NCBI GenBank assembly: GCA_040954595.2
Contig: CM082577.2
Span: 14,887,903-14,951,902, forward strand
Reading direction: 5' to 3'
Origin: Balanoglossus misakiensis
Taxonomy: Eukaryota > Animalia > Hemichordata
Length of the DNA: 64,000 bases
The notes beneath the pieces were generated by a model that did no database searches, was not told the DNA's origin, and was given only the letters and a program-made list of their open reading frames with translations. Below, piece after piece: positions 12,450 through 23,369 of this stretch (its first letter is position 1; the number at the start of each line of letters is the position of its first letter). The position numbers and the translations under genes were made by a program.

Positions 12450-15303
12450 CTAGTCATCAATTTCCCATAAACTCTCTTTGTTGTTTTGATCACAAGGTTT
12501 CTTTTTCTTTTCATGACGCTTGAGTGAATCCATAGACTTGAAGTTGGAGCCACACTTCATGCATACATACCTTATTAGGTTATGACAATTTTGATGTCGT
12601 GTGAGATCGGCTGGTCTTTTAAAGTTTGCATCACAAATATTACATTTATGGGGCCTATCATTAGAGTGGACTAACAGATGAGACTTGTACACACTCTTTA
12701 CACCAAAGGTCTTTCCACATTCGTTGCATGTAAATTTGGCAATGTGGAATGTTCTGTGATGCTGTTGCATGCCCAACTTTGAAGGAAAATTTTTTCCACA
12801 AATATTACATGGGTGACTTTCATCTTTGTGTTTGGCTTCATGCCATTTCATACCAAGATATGATTTAGCAGAAAATCCACAAACTTTGCAGCGCATATAA
12901 CCTCTATCTGTATGTGAAGATTTATGCTCATTGAGCCTCATCCTCTCATGAAAACCTTTACCACAGTAAGAACACCGGTATGGAAAGGTATTTGTATGTA
13001 CCGTATATTCTCACAAATAAGCGCCACCCTTGATTAGGCGCCAGTGATACCTGACTTTGCTACTTTTTACTTAAAATTAAGCGCCAGGAATTTTTTTTTT
13101 TTGAGGTGTGTGGACGTACGTGAATCATGGCAAGTACTACCGGGGTAACACCTGTTTAGGGGTCTTGTCAAAAACAACGGGGGCTTGCTGCGTGAATAAT
13201 AATTGACCTGAGCAGACAATGCATGCTTTGGGCTGATGTGCTATTTATTTACAAGATGAAATCGGGCACATGTCAACCTCCTAATTTATGTAAATTATTA
13301 TTCACTGCAAAAGACACAGGTGCCGGGCGTCTAGACACTCGTCTTTTTCCTGTCGATCGATCGGCAGCCGCTTACGTTACCTACCGGCACTACCACCCAA
13401 GTTTGACCATATTGCCAGGGCTTTGAAATAATAGGACTAGTTTCAAGTTGTGAATGTTTGCGGTATTAATTTTCTCATGAATATTCACGCAACGTGAGTA
13501 TTCACGCAACCTTGCCTGACCTTACATGTGTGAGAGCATTACAAAGACGCACTTGGACTAAACTACTATACGTTAGTAGATTTTGTTGATGGTTCAGCCA
13601 GCATACTGTAATGCTGCTCGTAGTATTCACTTCGTTGACAACTTTTTATTTCTGGAATATTTATTAGACAATACATTGAACTGACTGTATTTGAATAGAA
13701 AATGTTAAAACTTTACATATGAATTCGAAACAGCCATTCATTCAGTGCGGACACCCCATTACCAGAACACTGATTGGAACGTCCCAAATCATTTGCATAT
13801 GAATCAACAGGGTACAGTCAGTATACAGGGCGACCCATGAATAAGCGCCATCGGTTCTTGAAAGACTCATTTCTGCTTTTGTTTAGGCGCCACCAAAATT
13901 TGAAATGGTTAAAAAGTGGCGCTTATTTGTGAGAATATACGGTAGTCTGAAATGTTTGCGCAATCCAGTACAAGTCTTAAATGTCTTTTGGCACACTTTG
14001 CAGACTTTTTGCATAGTTGAGGGATTGGCTGCGCCACCACTATCCACAGAATGGCTTGCCTGGAAAAAAAAAAATTTAACATGAAAGCATCACTTACCAT
14101 CATATGGGAAAAGTCATGCACAAACCACAGCTTTACAGGACATCACACATGGTTGTATTGTTGGTTGTCATCACTCTAGAAAATGAGCTACATGTATTAA
14201 TTTTAACACGACTATCTGAAAGTGGCAATTTGTGACAGATTCTGTAAATGGGGTAATTATGAAAATGTAGAGCATGTTATTCTACATTGTATTATTAAAG
14301 GTTTGATTATCACCTGTTTTGGTTGTCCTCTTGGGTCTATGTCTTCAGGTATACCAGCAGTGGATGAACACAATGCAGCACTTTCACTCTAGAGTTAAGA
14401 ATCAATGCATTCAATTCATATTAGCTTGTCTGCATTAAAGTGATGAATATGATCCATAATGTCTATTCTATAGCAAGCCTGAATTTTCAGTAAAATTCTC
14501 AGTAAACTCATTTGTAAATGAAAGCTGAACTTGATACGTCCTGCACAGTTTATCATTTTAAAATAACAATCAAAAGCAATGAAATACAAAATGTACATAA
14601 TCGTTCACAAAAATTACATACCTGATTAGTGTTACTGGGAACCTGGCTGTTGCTGAGATCTAGAAGGGATATCCCCGTAAAATCTGTAAAATAAAGTACT
14701 GTGTAGTTAAAATCTTGCGACCAAATTGTGAAATATTTTTTTCATATACATAAAAAGGGGCGACCAAAGTCACAACTTAGTTGAGGTTCTGCCAACTACA
14801 CAAAGTCAGTCATATATTTTACAACTAAAACACACAGAGCCACAAACATGGTGTGAATTGATGACCTTTACACATTTTAGGCACCCAGGAAGGAAAATAT
14901 TCTGTGGAGAATACTCGGTCATTTAACTACAGTGTGTGAGTTGAGCAGTGATAATTAACAGGTCATGTTAATCAACATGTTGATTATATAAGAACATTAC
15001 TCACCATAGGCCCAGAAAAATCACAGGTTTGTTTCTAGTCATTGATATGTGCCAAAAATGATGTGATGATGCAATTTTTTTTTTATCATTTAAAAAATAT
15101 TTTTTGTCCTTATCTTCAGAATTAAAATTATTAACTAAATAAAAATGTCAATAGAATTTAAAACGTGTAAAGTAAATTAACTGTCTATAAACTTAGAACG
15201 AGGGATCAATCAGAAATTGCCCCTTGACAATCAACAAACCTGGAGCTGTATCATTTTCTTCTGCCTGGTCACCATGCATGCTTTCCAACATTGTCAAAGC
15301 CAT
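12450..15303 (-). pseudogene. C2H2 zinc-finger protein gene (7 fingers, ~288 aa when reconstructed), interrupted by a MITE
   Basis: Phase-compatible exons 15303-15240, 14683-14622, 14388-14314 and 14059-13943 + 12998-12450. Removing 13001-13942 and one TA restores CKVCQKTFKTCTGLRKHFRLHTNTFPYRCSYCGKGFHERMRLNEHKSSH in frame with the 163-aa ORF. The three upstream exons are less certain than the finger exon. Confidence 0.85.
13001..13942. mobile_element. Tc1/mariner-pogo-type MITE
   Basis: Perfect 27-bp TIR CCGTATATTCTCACAAATAAGCGCCAC. TA duplicated at 12999-13000 and 13943-13944. No coding capacity. Confidence 0.92.
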
Positions 15304-15600
15304 GATTACCATATACTTGGGTACAAGAACTTCATTCCGTTGACATGCAAGAGTAGCCAAGACAATTGTGTAAAAAAAATGTTCAATGTTTTTAATGTTT
15401 TCATAAAATATGCATAGGGGTCCTACATAGTACATGTAGTAGTCTCAGGTTGTTCCACACATTCCATGGCGTGTACGGTGGTAATAAAAACCCTGGTCGT
15501 ATAGGTTTGGCCATATGTATGTAGTTATAACGGAAATTAAGCAAAATATCCAACTCTTATAAATGACTGAGACGATACCGGCAGTGTAGGGTGCGATTGT

Positions 15601-15802
15601 ACTGCGTTCCAGTGTATATAGTGTAATAGTAAAAGTCCCACATGCACACGGTAAATCAAATTTTGGCGAAGATCTCTGAAAAAACTACCGCAACTAGTGT
15701 ATCGAAACTTTACACGGTGGCACTTTGTTATAATAGTTGTTCGTTGATCATAGTCTTAAAGGCGAAAAATGTTTCCAACTGGGTATAAAGAGAAGAAAAT
15801 CG
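15601..15802. repeat. Extra tandem copy of the inner half of the right TIR
   Basis: 15641-15802 is nearly identical to 15871-16032. Confidence 0.9.
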
Positions 15803-15870
15803 TAATACAACATGTACTAGGTACGACTGCGTTCCAGTGTTTACTGTGTACAGTATAGGAAAGTATACCG

Positions 15871-16265
15871 CATGCACACGGTAAATCAAATTTTGGCGAA
15901 GATCTCTGAAAAAACTACCGCAACTAGTGTATCGAAACTTTACACGGTGGCACTTTGTTATAATAGTTGTTCGTTGATCATAGTCTTAAAGGCGAAAAAA
16001 GTTTCCAACTGGGTATAAAGAGAAGAAAATCGCTTACCTGCGACAACTTTTCAACCGGCAATGGCGGACGCGGGGCGCCCCTAGTGGCGAAAATGTGTAT
16101 ATTGGATGTCACGCTTGAAAGAATCAGACGTAAAACTATACAGAACTATGCTCCACTATAAAGCATTTTCGGCTGTACTTAGTAGGCTGGATGTCACACT
16201 ATGTGTTTAACACGTGCTTTACTTGGGGATTGGATGCTCTACACATAATGTCTATGGAGGGCCTG
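15871..16265 (-). repeat. Right TIR (395 bp)
   Basis: Ends CATAATGTCTATGGAGGGCCTG, followed by the TSD GGAGA. Confidence 0.95.
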
Positions 16266-16419
16266 GGAGAGTGACTTGTCGAAAATAGGAGTTCTTCTGG
16301 CTTGTAGACCCAATTGCACGCAACTTTTACAGCAGCGGTTTTCTGTCATATTTTCAAGAAACATGTCATTTATAGTTTTTCTGTTGATTATGAATTATTG
16401 ATTGTACGCTAGCAATTAA

Positions 16420-19400
16420 CCCTTTGACCCCCATTTCGGAATAATAAGGCCTGCCCATTGTCCCCACGCTGAATCCCATAGCGGAATTAAACGGCCGAGC
16501 GCCACCATGAGTCCAAATCCCAATGCGGAATTAAACGGCCCTTCTGTTTACGTCAATCAAAACATTAATTACTCGTTTCCTAAAAGCTATTGGGTGTTTC
16601 ACTTTTCAAGGCGGGAAACTGTAGTTTCTAAGCAACAGAACTGTAGTAACAGGACCATATTTGGACATAATGATTTACGGCGGGAAAGGTTTTTCGCGGG
16701 CGATAAATCGACCGTTAGTAAACAATTAGCGCCCGAGTCGTGTGCATGTCGCGTGTCCTGACCTCTTGAACTGCGAACTTTGTGACTCATTTCCATAACG
16801 GGTCTTTTACGAATAGTTTTCTGGGATAAAGTACTGTCGGCTTCTTTGATTTGTGCGTTAGTTGGTATCGATTACCATGACTGCTGTCTGTCACGAAATC
16901 GGCGATACACCACCCGGAACTGCGGCAACGCCAGACACCCGTGAACGCGATCAAGTCAGCGCAGCAGATATTCTGAGATATTTTTTTAGCGATTCGGACT
17001 CAGACACCGAATTTGAGGGTTTCACTGCTGAGGAAACCACAGAGGCTGTCTTATAGCATGAATTAAATGTCCAGGGCCGCGATGATGAGAGCGACATCGA
17101 CCCCGCTGAGCTGGTTCAGCTGTTGATAGCGGACGCGGACGCGGACGTCAGCGATGAAAGTGAAACCACCGACGCGGCTGATTTATTGTGGACATCTGAC
17201 ACCGAGGAAACCAACGTTCCTGCTTTCGATGATGAATTTTCCGGTCCGACTCACAACTTAGACTTTTCGAAGCAGCCGATTGACTTTTTTGAACTTTTTC
17301 TTAATGAAGATTTTGTTGAACTGTTAGTGCGGGAAACAAATGCCTACGCGGAATTCAAGTAGGAAAAAGCTGGTCGCCGTGACTCAGAGTGGTATGAAAC
17401 AGACGCAACCGAACTGCGCGCCTACTTTGGAATGATGATTCTAATGGGAATTCACAAAGTCCCTGAAGTCAAGCACTACTGGTCAAGTGACGATCGTTTA
17501 AATGTGCCTGGAATTTCCAAGGTAATGCCCAGAAATCGATTCATGAAAATCAGCCAGTATCTCCATCTGAGTGATTCCCGTAACGAGCCAGATGCAAGAG
17601 ACCCTCACAGAGATCGTTTGTATAAAGTCCGCGCTATGGTAGATCTTGTTAGAGAGACTTTTCCTGAACATTATTATCCTCACAGGGAAATTTCAATTGA
17701 TGAGGCCATGTGTAAATTTAAGGGTAGGTCTCACATGATTCAGTATATGCCTGGAAAGCCAGTGAATTGGGGCTTCAAAATTTGGTCTGCTGCTTGCCCT
17801 TAAACTGGCTACACTCTCGACATGCTTCCGTACACGGGGAAAAAAGAATCCCCAGAGAGAGGGCTTGGGTACCAGGTAGTCTATGATTTGACCGAGCGTT
17901 ATTTCCACATGGCTCATCATATTTATTATGATAATTTTTTCAGTAGTGTCCAACTTGCACTTGATCTTCTTGACAGGGATGTATATACCACTAGTACTAT
18001 TCGACAGAATCGAAAAGGGGCTTCCACAGCAAATCAAAACAAAACAGAAAATGAAACGGGGGGATTGTGTTGTTCTGCAGAGTGGGAAGCGTTTTGCTTA
18101 TAAGTGGTTCGACACTCGAGATGTGAGAATGCTGACAACAATTTCTTCCCCTGGGGGTCAAAACCAAACAAGGGGTGGGAAAACTTTCTTTACTCCACAT
18201 GTAATATTGCAATACAATAAGTATATGGGTGGGGTAGATAAAAGTGATCAGCTGGCAGTGTATCAGTCCATGTCGAATAAATACATGAAATATTGGAAGT
18301 ATTTGTTCTTCTTTTTTATGCAGCGAATGATAGTCAATGCTTTCATCTTGTACAGAATAGCGCACACTCCGGATCAAAGGAGAAATACAGAGGCCTTGAC
18401 TTCAAGTTAGATTTATCAAGCCAGCTGATCGCAGGGTATACTAACAGGAAAAAAAGAGGCCCCCATCCCCAAACCCCAGCAACAGAAAGTAGTTTGAGCA
18501 CAATCAATATCCACTCCCACAAATGTGAAAAAATGGACCCCAATGCCAAAAGACCCAAAAGAATATGCAGGTACTGCTCAAAAGTGAAAAGAAAAACGGC
18601 TAAGGGATACCCTGTAGAAACAATCGGCTGCAAGTTGTGTGGGGTTTACTTGTGTAAAAACACATGTTTTATTGAGTACCACGGTAGCATAATGCAGCAC
18701 TGAGTGTCACCATATGGTGTCACTGTGAAAATGTATAAAGTGTGTTGAAATTAGAAATAAAAATTAATTGTTCTGAGAATTTAATTGTGGTGTAATGTCA
18801 TATCTTAGTTGTGTTTTTGCAGTGTGTAATTTGCCTCTATGCAGTGAGAGTGAAAGTTTGCTGTGCGTGAGAAAGTTTCGGGAATCTGGGGGGATTGATA
18901 TGCAAATTTAGAGTGGGGAGACTATATGGGGTGCCATGTGTTAACTTATTATTTAGCTAAATTATTTGTTCAAAAGTCGTTATTTAACATACTTATATGT
19001 ATGTAATTATAGATTTGCAAACCATTTAAGTCCTGACAATTTATTTATAAATAATTTCAAGTCGATTCAATTATATACATAAAATGTATTTTATGCTCTT
19101 TTATTTATATATAATTAATTATTTATAAATAATAAAAATGTAAGTGTATTATATATGTATATCATGAGTGATGTACATAATTATTTATATATAATTAATT
19201 ATTTATAAATAAAAATTTGTTAAGTGTATTATATATATATCATGAGTGATTTATAAATAATTTAAGTGCAAGTCTATTATATATATATCATGAGTGATTT
19301 ACATTATATAATGAATTATATATAAATAAGTGATTTCTAAACCATGAAAAAATGCACTCGCGCCGTTTGTCAACTTATTATTTAACGCAAACTCATTATT

Positions 19401-19430
19401 TAACGCAAACTCATTATTTAAGGCCTGTTC
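16420..19430 (+). mobile_element. Decayed autonomous piggyBac element; right end not identified
   Basis: TTAA|CCCTTTGACC left end, subterminal repeat GCGGAATTAAACGGCC twice (16481, 16525), transposase remnant, AT-rich 3' repeats. End coordinate is approximate. Confidence 0.75.
16877..18703 (+). pseudogene. piggyBac transposase (PGBD4-like) pseudogene
   Basis: SDSDTEFEGF N-terminus, MPRNRF, SIDEAM, YMPGKP..WGFK, YYDNFFSS, YNKYMGGVDKSDQ, C-terminal CRYC...CKLCGVYLC..CF.EYH. In-frame stops at 17054, 17360 and 17801; frameshifts near 18020 and 18390. Confidence 0.93.
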
Positions 19431-20214
19431 ACACAACCCCTTGCATTTGGATCATTACGCACACATATAGTCCCCACACGTGAACAAGAAATGCACATTA
19501 CGTGCGGTCATTTCATTTTTATTATACTCCTTTCAAAGGTTAGATGAAACACTGAAAAAGGTATCAACTAGTTAGTGATTTTAGCCCGTGATTGCAATGT
19601 TTGATTGAAACGCGAAAAGCTGATCGATAGCTCTACATCGTGGTCTCCGAGGTCAAAGGTTGGCCGGTCATGGCGATACCATTATTAAAATAGGGGCAAG
19701 TCATCAAAACGGTGGCGTATGATTTTTTTAGGTAAGTTTCCAAATTAAAACGTAAGTGAGCCAAAAAACTACAGGTCAGATAAATTGTTTTCTCGTTAAT
19801 TCAACATTAGAATCAAATTTGGCGTTGGAAACAAACGGCGGGTCGCCAGTTCCTGGTCTGGAGGCTGGTAGAGTCACGTCTTGAAGACAACAAACTCTCA
19901 TTTCAATGTCAGATTTCAGTTCTAATAGTCGTCGTCTGTTCTGAAAAGTATTATTATAATCGTTGCGATCCATTGTTCTGAAAAGCACTGAAACCAGATT
20001 TCTCTCAAATTCATAGTTGTTTCAAAAGCCCGTTTACACTTTCGTCGATAACTTTATGCTGTGTGTGTTTATAAAGCCAACTACTGTCGTGGTGTGGTGT
20101 AATTCTTTATGCTTGGACCTGTTTGGGCCGATCGTTGATGTTGTCTGTTGTCAGTCAAACGGCATTAAGATTCGCCAATGATTTGGGGGGCCTTTTATAC
20201 CCCGCACCGGGGTA

Positions 20215-20829
20215 ATTTAAGCAAGGGTGGACCACTTTTCTCATGGAAAAGTAGCAAACTACAGTGTGTTGCTTTATCCGCTTGTGAGGATGAATATATT
20301 GCATTAGCCAGTGCTGTCCAAGAAGGAAAAGTCTTGAGACAATTATATTCTGACATACACGGGTACACAGAGAAAACAACGGAAATAATCGTTGACAACC
20401 AGAGTACTATCGCACTTGCAAAAAACCCAGTGTACCGTAAAAGGTCAAAACACATTGACATCAAATATCATTTTCTTAGAGATGAAGTCCACAACAGTCA
20501 TATTGTACTAACTTACATTGAAAGCTAATGTAATGTGGCTAATGCATGTACCAAACCAGTTTCAAATAGTAAACTGAATGTGTTAAATTTAGAAAGTTCA
20601 GTTTAAGAAGGGGTGTTGGAGTAAACTGAACTTTATCTCCCCAAGGTCAATTTCTTGGTTATGTAATGGTCAATGATGATATAATTTATGAAAATGATAG
20701 TTTCATTATGCATGTATGTGTTATGTTTGTTCCGTTCTTGAGGGTGATCAACACAAAGCAGACTTGGTCAGAGATGTTCATCCACTGCACGAGTTGGTGT
20801 CCAATAAAGAAAGGACTGTACTGAAAACA
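20215..20829 (+). mobile_element. Ty1/copia LTR retrotransposon 3' fragment: RNase H, polypurine tract and probable 3' LTR
   Basis: SWKSSKLQCVALSACEDEYIA...DNQSTIALAKNPVYRKRSKHIDIKYHFLRD...NVANACTKP with one stop. AAGAAGGGG directly before TGTTGG at 20614. LTR end is approximate. Confidence 0.85.
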
Positions 20830-21199
20830 AGCTATCGCTTCCTCTCGTTATATCATTGCAATGAACTACTGCACCTCAATACTATCATTCATAAGTTTGA
20901 CACCTTAATTGTAGACATATTCCCAGATTGTATTATCAGTATTTATACCTAAATACAAATTGACTTAGTGTAAAATGGCGCTCAAGATGAAACTCAGGTG
21001 CATGGAACAATTCTCCAGCCCAACAGAGACGCAAGGGGGTGCAAGTGACATACTGTTAAATGGGAGTGTTGATAAAGAAAGCTAACATTTATCAAGGAAA
21101 GCATCAGATATGAGAATACATAGACAAGAAGTATCATGAGTATAAAGAAAAGAATCGTGAAAGATCAAACACATACAGAGAAAATTCAAGTGAAAAACA

Positions 21200-22567
21200 A
21201 AAAGACCCAAAAGCTGTAGGCTTGGACAAGAAACTGACACAGTATAAGTTTGTTGTTGTGACCTATTTCCTGATGGATGTAATTGTTACCAGACTGAACA
21301 TGACATTCCAGAAGGATAACATTGACATTGCTGCTTTGAAGCCCACTGTGTCTATGGCCATTCAGCAGGAGTTCAGAGATGGGAACTTGAAGACATGCTG
21401 GCCATGGACTTGAACTCTGAAAGTGACTCTGTGACTTTGATGGGACACAAGCTACAACATAAAACAAACCAGTAAAACAAACCAGGAAACACTGGTGTCT
21501 AGGGTCAAGGCCACTTTCTTGAATAATTTGATTGACAACATTGATAAACGGTTTCCCCTCCGAGTCAACGTCTGTAGTTTCTGCCTTTGATATTTTGGCA
21601 ATGAGAGATTTGCCTTTTGTTCCACATGACCAACTATCTGAATATGGGGTGGATAAGCTGACTATTCTTGTTACACATTATGGTACACAGAAAGTGTAGG
21701 AAGTGTAGTTCCAACTATTGACCCCCAGGAAACTAAACATGAGTAGTGATTGGCCAAGAATTTGGTGTTGCAACAAGCTTATCCCAGGGACAATTTCATT
21801 ATCCTGTGGAAATTGATGATCAATAATCACAAACAGACTGTTCCCAATTTGATCAAATTGGCAAAAATAGCTGCAGTTTTGCCTGTAAACACGGCAATTG
21901 TTGAACACTGTGTCTCAGCACAAAACAAAATAAAAACTTCATTGAGAAATCGTTTAGAGGAACCAGCTCTCAACAGATTGTTAACTATTCTGGTTGAAGG
22001 TCCCCCACTTACTGAATTCAATGCTGAGACAGCCTTGAAGTTGTGGACAAATAAAAAATCCAGGCGGCTGTTTTCAGCAACATGAATTGACTCTGGCTTC
22101 TGTAGCAGCTATAGCCTGTAACAAAGACTTGAGATGCTCTCATATACACAATGAACATGGTGAACATGACTCGCTAGTATATGTGGTTACATTCAACAAA
22201 TATCTGAACTCAGAAAATAAATAAGTTTTACAATAACTTTATTTGATCAATCCATACATGCTTTGCACTGTGAATGAATGTGTCACAGATAATGAGATTC
22301 AGTTTGTTGTACTTGTATGTGTTACTTGAAGCTGTGTTGTCAAAAAAGGAATAAAAACATGGTAAATTCCTTCTCTGTTGAAAAGAAAGAAAAAAAGTTA
22401 GTAAGTGTATTGTCATTCATTAGTAATTGAAATTGTAGGGGGCGATGTTTTTTTACTTAATATTTATGTTAAATATATGCTGCCCTGTAAAATTTCAATT
22501 CTGCCCCCTAATTTTGATGGATGGGGCAGAAACTGCCCCTTTTCATTTGCATCTAGAGAAAACACTG
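21200..22567 (+). pseudogene. hAT transposase remnant (ZNF862-like C-terminal half with dimerisation domain) and right terminus
   Basis: FLMDVI...LNMTFQKDNIDI and PNLIKLAKIAAVLPVNTAIVEHCVSAQNKIKTSLRNRL...VEGPPLTEF, broken by stops and frameshifts. End TCTAGAGAAAACACTG (reverse complement CAGTGTTTTC) abuts unrelated duplicated sequence. Confidence 0.85.
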
Positions 22568-23369
22568 AAATTGCGTTGGCTTAAATGGCTTGTCAGATTG
22601 TTGTGAAATTTATGACATCAAATTTGATTTTTTTTTTGTAATTTTCTTTGTTTTTATCAGCAAATCTCAAAAGCGACTTGTTGTTTTCCTCGGACAGTTA
22701 GGTTGGTGACCCCCTAGTGAGAATGTTTATAACATGTTTACATCACTTTAATTCACCAGCTGTTACACTGTCTGGATGAATCTTGTGTGGTGCACAATCC
22801 CAATTATAACACACCATACAGCGAACCCTCGATCATGATTTGTCAATATGACATCACGTGACCTAAGTCATTTTGAACTGTTTCCTAGGGCATCAGTTCG
22901 ATCGGTATGGTGCGTTATAAAACACATGATGACTGACATATTCGGGCAACAGTGTATTTTTGACAACCTCGGGACTGCCAGTCACACCAAAACAGTCTGT
23001 TTTCCCTCGGGCTATGCCCTCGGGAAAACAAGACTGTTTAAGTTATGACTAGCAGCACCCCCAGTCATCAAAATACACTTGCCCTCATTGTCAGTCATCA
23101 TGTGTATATTGTTTGTCTGGTCAAAAAACTCAATAGAGAGATGTATACTTTTTTTCTGAATTTCAAAACACCAGAGGAGCTTTCTCCACACATAATACGT
23201 TACTGGCACGATGTTTTTGATGAGGTATTTTCTTTGAAAACCATGCTTTGGCTTCCTTTCAAAGTAACTAAATATATGAATCTTTTGAATTTTCAGTACA
23301 AGCTGATAATGAAGATACTGCCTTCAAATCGCCTGCGTTACAAATTGTGAATAGACTCCCCAATTTGTA

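Larger units (their letters stand above)
4019..16265. mobile_element. Full-length 12.2-kb two-gene DNA transposon with long TIRs and a 5-bp TSD
   Basis: 4019-4413 is the reverse complement of 15871-16265; the ORF track shows the same 64-aa ORF mirrored at 4123-4317 and 15967-16161. GGAGA is duplicated at 4014-4018 and 16266-16270. Contains a transposase-like gene (+) and a zinc-finger gene (-). Confidence 0.92.

Noticed and set aside
14098-14175. Extra exon of the zinc-finger gene
   Set aside because: It has splice-like ends but stops in all three frames and would need a 38-nt intron. The model is in phase without it.
4019-16265. ProtoRAG/Transib identity (5-bp TSD, convergent genes)
   Set aside because: Ends are CAGGCCC rather than a CAC heptamer, no RAG1 core motifs were recognised, and the partner is a C2H2 protein, not kelch/RAG2-like.
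19651-19662. Right TIR of the piggyBac element (GGTCAAAGGTTG)
   Set aside because: Only a 9-bp match with no TTAA, and the motif is common in this window.
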